Origin: Candidatus Bathyarchaeia archaeon
GTDB taxonomy: Archaea > Thermoproteota > Bathyarchaeia > 40CM-2-53-6 > CALIRQ01
Assembly: GCA_038843675.1 (NCBI GenBank)
Contig: JAWBRV010000003.1
Span: forward strand, 4,908 to 68,907
DNA length: 64,000 bases
Direction of reading: 5' to 3'
Shown here: positions 48,519 to 58,515 of the stretch, in pieces
How the letters are laid out: each line of letters begins with the position of its first letter
Numbering within the stretch: the first letter of the stretch is position 1
The notes under the pieces: model-generated
Told to the model about the DNA's origin: nothing
The model's input: only the letters and a program-made list of their open reading frames with translations
Databases searched by the model: none
Translations under genes and position numbers: made by a program

Positions 48519-49061
48519 ATGGAGAGGCAGGATAAGAGGAGGTCGCACATCACCTCGGTGGAGTTCGATCCCGAGGATTTCGAGTACATAATGGGCCTTT
48601 TGAAGGAGGGGAGGATACGATCCCTGAAGGAATTCGTCGAGAAATGTGTCAAATTCGGGAAGGAGTATACGATCGATAGATGGAACGGCGGCCTCTTCTA
48701 CTTCGGTCCCGTTAGGGTCGTCATCCTCGCCAAGAGGATGCTCGACGTTATGATCCAGAAGTTACGGGAGGAGGATTATGAGATCATAGGGAGGGAGCTG
48801 GGGGACGTCATTGGATCGCTCCTGATGCTGAGGGGAATAGATGGCAAGGACCCGGCTAGGATGAGGGAGGCGTTCGACATGCTCAACAAATTCGGGCTCG
48901 GAGTATTCGAGCTATCCGGGGAGAAGATCCAAGTCGCCCATCCGACCCTACCATCGGAGATGACGAAGGCCATGTTGCAGCAAATCTTCGGCATGAGGCT
49001 CGAGGCCATAAAAACCCTACTCGACGTCCATTTCTACAGGATGGTGAAGGAGAGGACATAG
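48519..49061 (+). CDS. Putative ribbon-helix-helix regulator with V4R/HNOB-like domain
   Basis: ITSVEF...LLKEGRIRSLKEFV (RHH-like); G...GPVRVVI, IGRELG, FGLGVF (Cys-less V4R-like). Confidence 0.55.
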   Translation: MERQDKRRSHITSVEFDPEDFEYIMGLLKEGRIRSLKEFVEKCVKFGKEYTIDRWNGGLFYFGPVRVVILAKRMLDVMIQKLREEDYEIIGRELGDVIGSLLMLRGIDGKDPARMREAFDMLNKFGLGVFELSGEKIQVAHPTLPSEMTKAMLQQIFGMRLEAIKTLLDVHFYRMVKERT

Positions 49062-49067
49062 AGTTGG

Positions 49068-49131
49068 CGACGACTCAGAAAAATGCCTTCCGATCACCGC
49101 TCACCGTAACTTTGAGACATCATCGTCGTCA
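49068..49131 (-). ncRNA. Box C/D methylation guide sRNA (probable 23S rRNA targets)
   Basis: GACGAC stem, C ATGATGT, guide CTCAAAGTTACG, D' GTGA, C' GTGATCG, guide GAAGGCATTTTT, D CTGA, GTCGTC stem; ATTAAAAA upstream. Confidence 0.8.
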
Positions 49132-49186
49132 TCAAACATTTCCTAGTCCGGTTTTTAATGCTTTCCCCTCCGCCCGTCGGCCCAAC

Positions 49187-49432
49187 CTATTCCGCCTCGA
49201 CCTCAAAGACCTTGCAAAGCAAATCGTAGAGTTCCCGCCCACCCTCAACTTCGAGGAAGGAATCCCTCTCAGCCCTAAGGACCTTCCTGATAAGCTCCAT
49301 CGTTTTCCTGAAGCCTATCTCCCTCCACATGATCTGGTAGTTCTTCAGCTCTATCCAAGCCCTGAATATTAGCACTATGAACATGGCCACAGTGACGGCC
49401 AAGTTCAATAGGTATATCTCGATCACATCCAA
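49187..49432 (-). CDS. Small membrane-anchored hypothetical protein
   Basis: N-terminal TM (IYLLNLAVTVAMFIVLIF) followed by charged helices. Start estimated. Confidence 0.65.
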   Translation of the reverse strand: MDVIEIYLLNLAVTVAMFIVLIFRAWIELKNYQIMWREIGFRKTMELIRKVLRAERDSFLEVEGGRELYDLLCKVFEVEAE

Positions 49433-49485
49433 ACCCGAACACCCTGCGGATGGGGATGCTCGCATCGGGTAAATTAAAATAGGGG

Positions 49486-50046
49486 ATGCCAAGGAACCTC
49501 CTCGAATGGGGGCATGGGTTAGGCTTGGCTCCATCGAGGGCTCGCAAGGAGGTTCTAAGATCTCTATTGCTGGTGGCCATCGCCCTCCTCGCCTCCTACG
49601 CGGGATGGATCGCCTTGGGGTTCGCCCTCAGGAGCGAGTACCCCCTCATGGTCGTGGTAGGGGGGAGCATGCTGCCCACTTATCAAGAGGGTGATTTGGT
49701 TGTGGTACAAGGGGTGAGCCCGAGGGAGATAGCGGTTGGAGATATAATAGTCTTCAAGAGCCCGCCCCATTTGGCTGATAACGCCATAATCCATAGGGTC
49801 ATTGGAATAGTCGAGAGGGATGGGAAGCGCTACTTCATAACCAAGGGCGATAACAATCCCGCGCCGGATAGGTTCGATCCCTTGCCCGGCATCCCGGAGG
49901 ATTACGTTATCGGGAGGGTCGTGGCACAAGCCCCTAGGATCGGCCTCCTCGCCCTTTGGTTGAAGAAGCCGATCGGGATGGCCATTATGCTGCTTTTCGT
50001 CATATTGGCCTTGGCCTTCGACGTCCGGTCCAAGAGGTCGAAATGA
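49486..50046 (+). CDS. Signal peptidase I (Sec11/S26B type)
   Basis: TM, V.GGSM.P, GD, IIHRV and TKGDNN motifs. Confidence 0.93.
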   Translation: MPRNLLEWGHGLGLAPSRARKEVLRSLLLVAIALLASYAGWIALGFALRSEYPLMVVVGGSMLPTYQEGDLVVVQGVSPREIAVGDIIVFKSPPHLADNAIIHRVIGIVERDGKRYFITKGDNNPAPDRFDPLPGIPEDYVIGRVVAQAPRIGLLALWLKKPIGMAIMLLFVILALAFDVRSKRSK

Positions 50047-50093
50047 ACTGCCCGCGGGCCTCGTACGAGCCCGCCCCGAAGTGAGGGAGAAGT

Positions 50094-50654
50094 TTGAAGG
50101 GGATCGAGGTGAGAATCGAGAATGTCGTTGCCTCCGCGGAGCTTGGCCAAGGGATCGATTTAGCCTCGATAGCCAAAGCCCTCCCCAGCGCGGAGTATAA
50201 GCCGGCGATATTCCCGGGCCTGATATTCCATTTGAAGCGCCCAAGGACCACCGCTCTCATATTCCGCTCGGGTAAGGTGATATGCACGGGCGCCAAATCC
50301 GAGAGGCAGGTCAGATTGGCCATGGATGCTGTGGTGGAGGAGCTCAAGAAGAGCGGCATAGTGATCCTCGGGAGGCCAAAAGCGGTCATACGGAACGTGG
50401 TGGCGTCCTGCAGGCTCGGGGTGCGCCTCGATCTCGAAAGGGCGGCCCGCTCATTGGGCGGGGCCATATACGAGCCGAAGCAATTCCCGGGGTTGGTGTA
50501 TAGGGCGAAGGCCTCCGGGATCGCCCTCCTGATATTTAGGAATGGTAAAGTCATATGCGCCGGCGGGAAGGGCGAATCCGATATCCAGGATGCCATTTCG
50601 GATCTGATGGCGGCTTTGCGCTCCTGTGGGGCATGGCCCCAAGCCGAGCCTTGA
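50094..50654 (+). CDS. tbp: TATA-box-binding protein (divergent)
   Basis: Two repeats of NVVAS...Y.P..FPGL...LIF..GK..C.G.K. Confidence 0.93.
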   Translation: MKGIEVRIENVVASAELGQGIDLASIAKALPSAEYKPAIFPGLIFHLKRPRTTALIFRSGKVICTGAKSERQVRLAMDAVVEELKKSGIVILGRPKAVIRNVVASCRLGVRLDLERAARSLGGAIYEPKQFPGLVYRAKASGIALLIFRNGKVICAGGKGESDIQDAISDLMAALRSCGAWPQAEP

Positions 50655-50740
50655 TGGACTTGTGATCGATTGGCCATTCTTATGGGGCGACGCCCGAGCC
50701 AATCTTAAGCGGGCTCGGCGCCGAGCTTGCTTTCCCATCC

Positions 50741-51070
50741 CTATCTCTTAGATTGGAGCCTCCTGTTTATATCATCCGAGGCCCTCTCCCCGGCCGCGAG
50801 AAATTCCTCCCCCTTCTGCGTTATCCTATAGATCCTCCTATCCCTCCCGCCCTCGGATTCCCAAGAACCCTCGATGTAGCCATTGCTCTCCAAGGAATGG
50901 AGGAGCGGATAGAGTGTCCCAGCGCTAAGGTAAACCTTGTACTCCTCCCTTATTGCTAGGTTTATCTCATAGCCCCAACGGGGCTTATCCTTCAAGAGCC
51001 TCAGGACTATTAGGTCCAGCATGCTTTTAACGATCCTCTCCCTCAGCGCCTTTTCGGAAACCCTCTCCAA
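50741..51070 (-). CDS. PadR-family transcriptional regulator
   Basis: GYEI, GTLYPLL..LE..G, R..Y.IT.KG. Confidence 0.92.
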   Translation of the reverse strand: MERVSEKALRERIVKSMLDLIVLRLLKDKPRWGYEINLAIREEYKVYLSAGTLYPLLHSLESNGYIEGSWESEGGRDRRIYRITQKGEEFLAAGERASDDINRRLQSKR

Positions 51071-51344
51071 AGCCCATCTCCGGGCTCGATTGAGCCGATC
51101 GGTTCCGCCCGGGCCCCGCTCAGGCCAATCGGCCCGCTCCCAAATGCGCAGGCGACCCTTCTTGGAGCGCCTTGAGCGGCTAGCCCATTCGATCCGCGCG
51201 GAACCTCTCGAATGGCGAACTCTTGGCCTCGGGAATATTTATTATTTCGGTATCCATCCAACCGAAAAGCTGATCCGCAAGGGCGCTCTATCGGATCCAG
51301 CCTTGGGCGGGCCAATGGAATCGGGATAAAGGGCTAGGCGTAAT

Positions 51345-54215
51345 TTGGGGATGAAGCCGACCGATTTAGACGCGTTCTCGCTCCTCTCCAAGCCCCTCCA
51401 AGAGGCCGTGAGGGACTTCGGCTTCTCCTCGCCCACGAGGGCGCAGGAGGAGGCGATACCCCTCATAATGAGTGGGGAGAACGTGCTGTTGATCTCCCCG
51501 ACAGCATCGGGGAAGACGGAGGCATCGATACTCCCGGTGTTGAACGCCCTCATAAATGAGCGGCCGGGCCCAGGGATCAAGGTCCTTTACATAACCCCCC
51601 TGAGGGCCCTCAATAGGGATTTGCTCGATAGGCTCGAGTGGTGGTGCAATCGCCTCGGCCTAAGGGTCGGAGTTAGGCATGGCGATACGGAGGTGAGGGA
51701 GAGGAGCTCCCAAGCCCGCAACCCGCCGGACCTATTGATAACAACCCCGGAGACCCTTCAAGCGATGTTGACCGGCAAGCTCATGAAGAGGAACCTGAGG
51801 GCCCTGAGATGCGTCATAGTGGACGAGCTCCATGAGCTCGCCGAGGATAAGCGCGGTAGCCAACTCTCCTTGGCCTTGGAGAGGATCAGGTGGCTCGTGG
51901 GAAGGGATTTCCAGCTGATAGGCCTCTCGGCCACTATAGGATCTCCGGAGATCGTTGGGAAGTTCTTAGTGGGAGTGAATAGGCCGGTGAGGGTCGTGAA
52001 GGTCCCATTCGAGAGGAAGGTCAAGCTGAAGGTCCTATACCCTACCCCGACCGCCTCGGATGAGGAGCTTGCCTCCAAGCTCTATACTAGGCCGGAGGTA
52101 GCGGCGAGGCTTAGGATTATGCGCGAGCTCATAAGCGCGCATGATTCCACATTGCTCTTCACCAATACCAGATCCATAGCTGAGGTCCTAGCCAGCAGGT
52201 TCAGGATCTGGGATGGGGAGTTCCCAATATCGATACACCACGGCTCCCTCGCGAAGCCGTCTAGGATTTCGGCCGAAAGGGGGCTCAAGGAGGGGGAGCT
52301 GAAGGGCCTCGTTTGCACGAGCTCCCTCGAGCTCGGGATAGACGTCGGCCGAATAGACTTCGTAATACAATACATGAGCCCAAGGCAGGTGACGAGGCTC
52401 GTCCAAAGGGTGGGCAGGAGCGGGCATCGGATCTCGAGGGTGGCGGAGGGAGTCATAATCGCGATGGACTCTGACGACGCATTGGAATCGCTGGCGATAG
52501 TTCGAAGGGCCTATGAGGGTGAGCTGGAGCGCGCATCGATCCCGAGGAAGCCATTGGATGTATTGGCGCATCAAATCGTCGGGCTCTTGATCAACAAGGG
52601 GAAATGGTATGTGCGGGAGATATTGGAGCTCTTCAGGAACGCATATCCATACAGGGATCTGACCGAGGAGGAGCTTGTCTCCGTGATCGATTACATGCAT
52701 TCCAGATATCCTAGGATGGCTTGGTACTCCCCAGAGGATCAGGTCGTGATGAGGCCAAGGAGGATCAAGGAGATATACGAATACTATTTCGAGAGGCTCT
52801 CGATGATACCGGATGAGAAGCAATACCTCGTTATCAACGAGGAGGATGAATCTCCGATTGGGATATTGGATGAGGCCTTCGTGGCCGAATATGGGACCCC
52901 GGGAACCAAGTTCATAGTCAGGGGCAGCCCTTGGAAGCTGATGAGCATACACGGCGATAGGATATACGTGAAGCCTGTCAAGGATCCAAGCGGGGCGATA
53001 CCGAGCTGGGTTGGGGAGGAGATTCCCGTCCCATTCGAGGTGGCGCAGGAGGTCGGGGCCATAAGGAGGTATGTCAGCGAGGGGCTCGCGGCTGGCAGGG
53101 GGGAGGCGGAGTTGGTTGGGGAGCTGGCCGATAGATACGGCGCCCCTAGGGAATTAATGATGAAGGCCCTTTCCGAGACTTTAGAGCAAGCCCGGAAGGG
53201 GCTGCCGATACCGAGCGATAAGCTGGTGACGGTGGAGGGGGCCGGCGATCTCGTGATAATCACCTGCCATTTCGGATCCCTAGTCAACAGATCCTTGGGG
53301 AGGCTATTGGGGCACGAACTATCCAACAGGCTTGGGGAGGCCGTCGGGGTGCAGCAGGACCCCTACAGGATAGTAGTACAGTTCCCAGGCCCATCCTCGG
53401 CCAAGGAGGTGATCGAGTGCCTCGAACGGCTCGCCTCCTCCGACATCGCTGCCATAACGAGGGCGGCGATCACGAGGACCGGGCTCTTCAAGAGGAGGCT
53501 GATCCATGTGGCGAGAAGGTTCGGCGCAATATCCAAATGGGCGGATTTCACGAGCGTTAGGCTGGAGAAGTTGGCGAGGGGTTTGGAGGGGACCGCAATA
53601 TTCGAGGAGGCCTTGAAGGAGACGTTGGAAAAGGACTTAGATGTGGAAGGTACAATGGAGGTCCTGAGGCGGATTAAGGATGGGGAGATTGAGGTCATCG
53701 AATTGAGGTCCGATAGGGACCTCAGCCCGCTCTCGAGGTTGGGGTTGGAGAGGATGAGCAGGAAGATCGATTTGATACCCCCTGAAAAGCTCACGAAGGT
53801 CTTGGTGGAGTCGACCAAGGGCCGCATATTGAGCGAATCGAGGACCTTCGCTTGCCTTTCGTGCGGGGATTACGTTAAGATACTCAAGATCGAGGACCTG
53901 CCGGATGAGATGAGCTGCCCATTATGCGGATCGAAGAGGATCGGGATGTTCGAGGAGCCGGAGGACGTTGTCAAAAGGGTTTTGAAGAGGAGGGGCACCC
54001 CATCCCTCAGGGAATCTAGGCTTCGCGAGTTCGCCGAAGAATCGGCGAAGCTCTACGAGAAATATGGGAAAGCTGCGTTCTTGGCCCTCTCGGCGAGGAG
54101 GATCGATCCGAAGGATGCTGAGAGAATATTGAAGAGGGAGGGGAAGATCTCGGATAAGCTCTTCAAGTTGATAATGGAGGCCGAAAGAGAAGCCTTGAAG
54201 AAGCGCTTCTGGTAG
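51345..54215 (+). CDS. lhr: Lhr-family SF2 helicase with C-terminal Cys4 motif
   Basis: PTASGKTE, DELH, KRG.QL, HHGSL, LELGID, QRVGRSGH, SMIPD, CLSC..CPLC. Confidence 0.93.
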   Translation: MGMKPTDLDAFSLLSKPLQEAVRDFGFSSPTRAQEEAIPLIMSGENVLLISPTASGKTEASILPVLNALINERPGPGIKVLYITPLRALNRDLLDRLEWWCNRLGLRVGVRHGDTEVRERSSQARNPPDLLITTPETLQAMLTGKLMKRNLRALRCVIVDELHELAEDKRGSQLSLALERIRWLVGRDFQLIGLSATIGSPEIVGKFLVGVNRPVRVVKVPFERKVKLKVLYPTPTASDEELASKLYTRPEVAARLRIMRELISAHDSTLLFTNTRSIAEVLASRFRIWDGEFPISIHHGSLAKPSRISAERGLKEGELKGLVCTSSLELGIDVGRIDFVIQYMSPRQVTRLVQRVGRSGHRISRVAEGVIIAMDSDDALESLAIVRRAYEGELERASIPRKPLDVLAHQIVGLLINKGKWYVREILELFRNAYPYRDLTEEELVSVIDYMHSRYPRMAWYSPEDQVVMRPRRIKEIYEYYFERLSMIPDEKQYLVINEEDESPIGILDEAFVAEYGTPGTKFIVRGSPWKLMSIHGDRIYVKPVKDPSGAIPSWVGEEIPVPFEVAQEVGAIRRYVSEGLAAGRGEAELVGELADRYGAPRELMMKALSETLEQARKGLPIPSDKLVTVEGAGDLVIITCHFGSLVNRSLGRLLGHELSNRLGEAVGVQQDPYRIVVQFPGPSSAKEVIECLERLASSDIAAITRAAITRTGLFKRRLIHVARRFGAISKWADFTSVRLEKLARGLEGTAIFEEALKETLEKDLDVEGTMEVLRRIKDGEIEVIELRSDRDLSPLSRLGLERMSRKIDLIPPEKLTKVLVESTKGRILSESRTFACLSCGDYVKILKIEDLPDEMSCPLCGSKRIGMFEEPEDVVKRVLKRRGTPSLRESRLREFAEESAKLYEKYGKAAFLALSARRIDPKDAERILKREGKISDKLFKLIMEAEREALKKRFW

Positions 54216-54244
54216 GGCTTAGCTAAACCCTCCAACGCATTCCA

Positions 54245-54823
54245 TTACCCAAGGCGAATGGGGATCCGGGGAACGCTTGGGTTGCGCATGCCATACTTCC
54301 CAAAGGTCATTTGGGGGGTGATGAGGTCGAGGAACAGGCTCGTCGAATACCTTTGCGAGCTCGATTTCCCGAGGGCTATGTCCAAGACCTCCGGTAGGAC
54401 CAACGTGGTCAGCCTCTCGGTTGGGCGGCCCAACGTTACATTTGAGCAATAGGAATTAACGTATACGTACAGCCTCCTTCCCTCATACTTGTACTCGGCC
54501 TGCTCGCCCCTTCCGTAGTTCGGGCGATTGAATACATGGAAGGGCCAGAGCTTGCATACGGTCGGCTTCCGATCGGCCAATGAGCAGATCCATAGACCCA
54601 TCGCCCGCTCTTGAAAAGCGCACCTACCATCTCGGCGCTTGCTGAGGTAAACTCTTCCATGTTCAAATCGAATCCTTGAAGTCGCGCCGAAGGGGGCGAT
54701 CCTAGCGAGCTCGTAAGGGCTCAGCTGAACCTCGAAATGCTTACAACATTCCCCGCAAGCCGAGCAGAACCAATCCCTTACCCTCTTCCAAGGGAGGAGG
54801 AGGCCAAATGGGCTATCGATCAA
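54245..54823 (-). CDS. YkgJ-family cysteine cluster protein
   Basis: CSACGECC, C.F, C......P..C..WPF. Confidence 0.85.
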   Translation of the reverse strand: MIDSPFGLLLPWKRVRDWFCSACGECCKHFEVQLSPYELARIAPFGATSRIRFEHGRVYLSKRRDGRCAFQERAMGLWICSLADRKPTVCKLWPFHVFNRPNYGRGEQAEYKYEGRRLYVYVNSYCSNVTLGRPTERLTTLVLPEVLDIALGKSSSQRYSTSLFLDLITPQMTFGKYGMRNPSVPRIPIRLG

Positions 54824-55601
54824 CCTTGGAGCCCCCTACCGAGCGGGATTCGAGAGCCTCCATCTCTTCGGTCCATCTCTCGTGGGCTTCATCCAAGTCC
54901 TCCGACCTGAGGACCAAGTTTAAATAATCCATATGCCTCTTGACGCACAGCTCGATCTCCTCATCTCCGACGTCTCTCCTCCTCATCATGGCCCTGAGGA
55001 CATCCAATGGGGTTCTCCAATACCTCCCTAATGGGAGGGCCTCTAAGGATACCCCCTCCCGCTCAAGCCCGCGCTTCAGCTCCCCAAGGTCGCCGTCATA
55101 CAACATGGCGCTCAATCGATGTCCTTTGATCTTCTCCATTATGGCGTCGAGGGTTTCGCTCCAAAACTTCTCGGCACACTTCGCCTCGGCCAATAAGGCC
55201 CTCTTCCATTCGCTCACATCCACCTTACCGCGGACCTTGGACCTCAGCTGGAGGAGGACTATCCTCTCAGCGACCCTATATGATTCAACGACGGATTCAA
55301 GGCTTTGATAACAATGGACCTGCGCGGCCCGCTCCCTGAATCCTCTCAGCGCCCTTATTATAGGCTCCACGGCCCTCATCGAGGCCCTTACGAAGGCCTC
55401 TTGAGCTCCGGTCAACATCCTATAGCTGTCCCAAAGCTCGGCCTCCGAGATCTCCCCCTTTATATAATCCCTCAAAAATCCCTCGAAATCCTCGGCTAGA
55501 TCGAATAGTATGGGCCCTTCCCGGAAGGTCCTAAGAAATTCCGCTATCCTTTGACTCCTCGACCTAAGGCCGTATGGGGCCAAGGATATGACCTTGGACA
55601 T
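54813..55601 (-). CDS. Hypothetical protein
   Basis: Long ORF with typical codon use; overlaps the YkgJ gene start. Start estimated. Confidence 0.65.
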   Translation of the reverse strand: MSKVISLAPYGLRSRSQRIAEFLRTFREGPILFDLAEDFEGFLRDYIKGEISEAELWDSYRMLTGAQEAFVRASMRAVEPIIRALRGFRERAAQVHCYQSLESVVESYRVAERIVLLQLRSKVRGKVDVSEWKRALLAEAKCAEKFWSETLDAIMEKIKGHRLSAMLYDGDLGELKRGLEREGVSLEALPLGRYWRTPLDVLRAMMRRRDVGDEEIELCVKRHMDYLNLVLRSEDLDEAHERWTEEMEALESRSVGGSKVDR

Positions 55602-55774
55602 AGCTCGGCTTCGGTCAATTTTATAAACTGCTTCATCATAACCAATAAAAACTTTTAGCCCCGGGGCGATGACGAAAGCTGGTATTGGGAAACCCGTGTC
55701 CGATGAAACCAGAGCCGAGCCCCAAAGGAACCATGGGCCCACTCTTGGGCTCCTCCGAAGGGTGAGACTCGACC

Positions 55775-58060
55775 TTGAGGGTCAGGATAAAGGTCGTGGG
55801 AGTGGTCCAAGGGGTTGGGTTCAGGCCCTTCGTCTACAGGGTCGCCAAGGGGCGCGGCTTGAAGGGCTTCATCCGAAACACCGGCGATGCGGGGGTCGAG
55901 ATAATCGCGGAAGGAGAGCCCATGGGCATAGAGGGCCTCCTTTCGGATCTCCGCAATGGCCCGCCTCCTATGTCCAAGATAGAAAGCCTATCGGTGGAGG
56001 AGATCCCCGCCGACCTTCGATTTGAGGATTTCTCCATACTCGCTAGCGATGATCGTAGGGAATCGCCCGGCTCGATAATACCGCCCGATATATCCATATG
56101 CGATGAGTGCCTCATGGAATTGAGGGATCGCGGGAATAGGAGATTCGATTACTTCTTCATAACCTGTACGAATTGCGGGCCGAGGTTCACCATAATCGAG
56201 AGGCCGCCTTACGATAGGGTCAATACCACGATGAAGGAGTTCGATCTTTGCGAATCCTGTGCCAAGGAATACTCGGACCCTTCGGATAGGAGGTTTCACG
56301 CCCAGACGATCGCTTGTGCGGCCTGCGGCCCAGCGGTGGCCCTATACGACAGGAATGGTGCGAAGCTCGGGGAAAGCGATCCGATAAGGGCGGCTGGTAG
56401 GCTACTGGAGGAGGGCGCAATAATAGCGATAAAGGGCATAGGGGGCTATCACATGGCCATATCGACCCTTAGGTCAGATGCCATCGCTAGGGCTAGGAGG
56501 TTCAAGCATAGGAGGCAGAAGCCATTCGCGATAATGGCGCGAGATCTGGAAACCGTGAGGACGTTCGCATTCGTAAGCGAGGCCGAGGAATCGCTTTTGA
56601 CATCCTATTCCAGGCCGATAGTGCTCCTTAAGAAGCGCGACGATTTCTATCTCTCGGAGCTGATATCCCCCGGCCTCCATAACATTGGCGTCATGTTACC
56701 TTACACTGGGTTGCATTCGATGCTCTTCGATGGCGTAGGGGAGCCCGCCTTCGTGATGACCAGCGCCAATTTCCCCGGGGAGCCCATAATCAAGGACGAT
56801 GGGGAGGCATTCGAAAGGCTTCGGGATGTGGTGGATTATTTCTTGATCCATAATCGAGCGATACTTCATAGGTGCGATGACTCGGTCGTCAGGGTGAACG
56901 GGGCCGCCCCAGTGTTCATAAGGAGGTCGAGGGGCTTCGTCCCCCTCCCGATATCCCTCTCCCACCGCTTCGATCATCATTCGATAGGCATCGGGGCGGA
57001 ATCCAACGTTAGCTCATGCGTTTTGAAGGGGGAGTTGGCATATCCCTCGCAGTACATAGGGGACGTGGAATCCCCTGATTCTATAAAGTTTCTAAGGGAC
57101 GCGACGGAGCATTTATTGATGCTAACGGGGGCTGAGCCGCGCGCCATAGGATGCGACCTCCACCCCTCCTTCCATACGACCGCCTTGGCAGAGAAACTCG
57201 GAGAGAAACTTGGGATCGAGGTCGTCAGGGTACAACATCATCATGCCCATCTATTGGGCCTTATGGAGGAGAATGGTTTGGAGGAGGCAATAGGCATCGT
57301 TTGCGATGGTTATGGCTATGGGTTGGATGGGCAGGCTTGGGGGGGAGAGATCTTCTATTGTGACGGCGAAAGGATCGAAAGGATTGGACACCTCCAAGAG
57401 CACCCGCTCCCGGGCGGGGACCTCGCGGCTAGATATCCCGCAAGGATCGTGGTGGGGGCTCTGCTCGGCAGGGTGGACATAGAAGGGTGGCTCTTCGAAA
57501 GGGCTTGGGGACTCCCCCATGGCCCCAAGGAGGCTGAGGCGATAATCTCCCAAGCCAAGAAGGGGGCCATCAAGACGACCAGCCTCGGGAGGATACTAGA
57601 TGCGATCGCCGCATTGCTAGACATTTGTTGGGAGAGGACCTATGAGGGGGAGCCGGCCATGAAGCTCGAGGCTATGGCCTCCAAGGGGAGGGACGTCTTG
57701 GGGCTAGAGCCCGAGCTTGATGGCGGGATCCTTAGGACCGACGTCCTCTTGGAGGAAGTCTTCAGTCAAAGGGATCGATTCCGCAAGGAGGACTTGGCCA
57801 GATCCTCGGAGGAGTATCTCGCGAGGGGGTTGGCAGAGTTGGCTTGCGATGAGGCGGAGGCCCGGGGGATAAAGGCCATAGGATTCACGGGCGGGGTGGC
57901 CTATAACGAGCACATAACCAAGGCAATCCGGGAAAGGGTGGAGGGGGAGGGATATGCCCTTCATCTGCCCAAATGGATCCCACCCGGAGATAATGGGATC
58001 TCAATAGGCCAAGCCATATTCGCCAGCAGGGCCTTGGAGAGGCGGTGGAGATCGGCCTAG
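55775..58060 (+). CDS. hypF: Hydrogenase maturation carbamoyltransferase
   Basis: GVVQGVGFRPF, two zinc fingers, RRFHAQ, QHHHAH, DG.GYG.DG..WGGE, GD.GIS.GQ. Confidence 0.97.
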   Translation: MRVRIKVVGVVQGVGFRPFVYRVAKGRGLKGFIRNTGDAGVEIIAEGEPMGIEGLLSDLRNGPPPMSKIESLSVEEIPADLRFEDFSILASDDRRESPGSIIPPDISICDECLMELRDRGNRRFDYFFITCTNCGPRFTIIERPPYDRVNTTMKEFDLCESCAKEYSDPSDRRFHAQTIACAACGPAVALYDRNGAKLGESDPIRAAGRLLEEGAIIAIKGIGGYHMAISTLRSDAIARARRFKHRRQKPFAIMARDLETVRTFAFVSEAEESLLTSYSRPIVLLKKRDDFYLSELISPGLHNIGVMLPYTGLHSMLFDGVGEPAFVMTSANFPGEPIIKDDGEAFERLRDVVDYFLIHNRAILHRCDDSVVRVNGAAPVFIRRSRGFVPLPISLSHRFDHHSIGIGAESNVSSCVLKGELAYPSQYIGDVESPDSIKFLRDATEHLLMLTGAEPRAIGCDLHPSFHTTALAEKLGEKLGIEVVRVQHHHAHLLGLMEENGLEEAIGIVCDGYGYGLDGQAWGGEIFYCDGERIERIGHLQEHPLPGGDLAARYPARIVVGALLGRVDIEGWLFERAWGLPHGPKEAEAIISQAKKGAIKTTSLGRILDAIAALLDICWERTYEGEPAMKLEAMASKGRDVLGLEPELDGGILRTDVLLEEVFSQRDRFRKEDLARSSEEYLARGLAELACDEAEARGIKAIGFTGGVAYNEHITKAIRERVEGEGYALHLPKWIPPGDNGISIGQAIFASRALERRWRSA

Positions 58061-58149
58061 CTATGGGTTATTATATGGACCGTGGGCCGGCTTGAGATGG
58101 GTCTCTTCTTCCATTGGCCAAGTGACCATTTTGGACTCACTGCGGATGA

Positions 58150-58515
58150 TTATGCGTAAAGCGGGGAACTCTCCGAAACGCATCTCCTATATCTCCTCAA
58201 TATATCCTCAAAGCTCGCCCTGAGCTCGTCCTCGGATCTGAGGCCGACTATCTCCGCGATCGGCCTGCCAGCGCAGAAGAACTTGATCGTTGGAACGCCC
58301 ATTATGCCATATCCAAAGGCGAGCTCGCTTTCCATCGATGCATCTACCATCGCGAATTTCAATCTTCCGGCGTACTCCTTGGAGAGCTTATCGAATATGG
58401 GGGCCAATTGCCTGCAAAAGGGACAAGTGGGCGTGTAGAATTCCACTACGACCGGGACCTCGGATTTCATCAAATCCTTCCAATTGGAGGACGTGGCTTT
58501 GGCGATTTGGGACAT
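58150..58515 (-). CDS. Thioredoxin (CPFC) with two extra Cys
   Basis: VVVEFY...CPFC, GVPT cis-Pro, KFFCAG, RRCV. Confidence 0.88.
   Translation of the reverse strand: MSQIAKATSSNWKDLMKSEVPVVVEFYTPTCPFCRQLAPIFDKLSKEYAGRLKFAMVDASMESELAFGYGIMGVPTIKFFCAGRPIAEIVGLRSEDELRASFEDILRRYRRCVSESSPLYA

Noticed and set aside
58061..58150. hypF-thioredoxin gap as a third C/D sRNA
   Set aside because: No ordered C/D'/C'/D boxes with a terminal stem on either strand.
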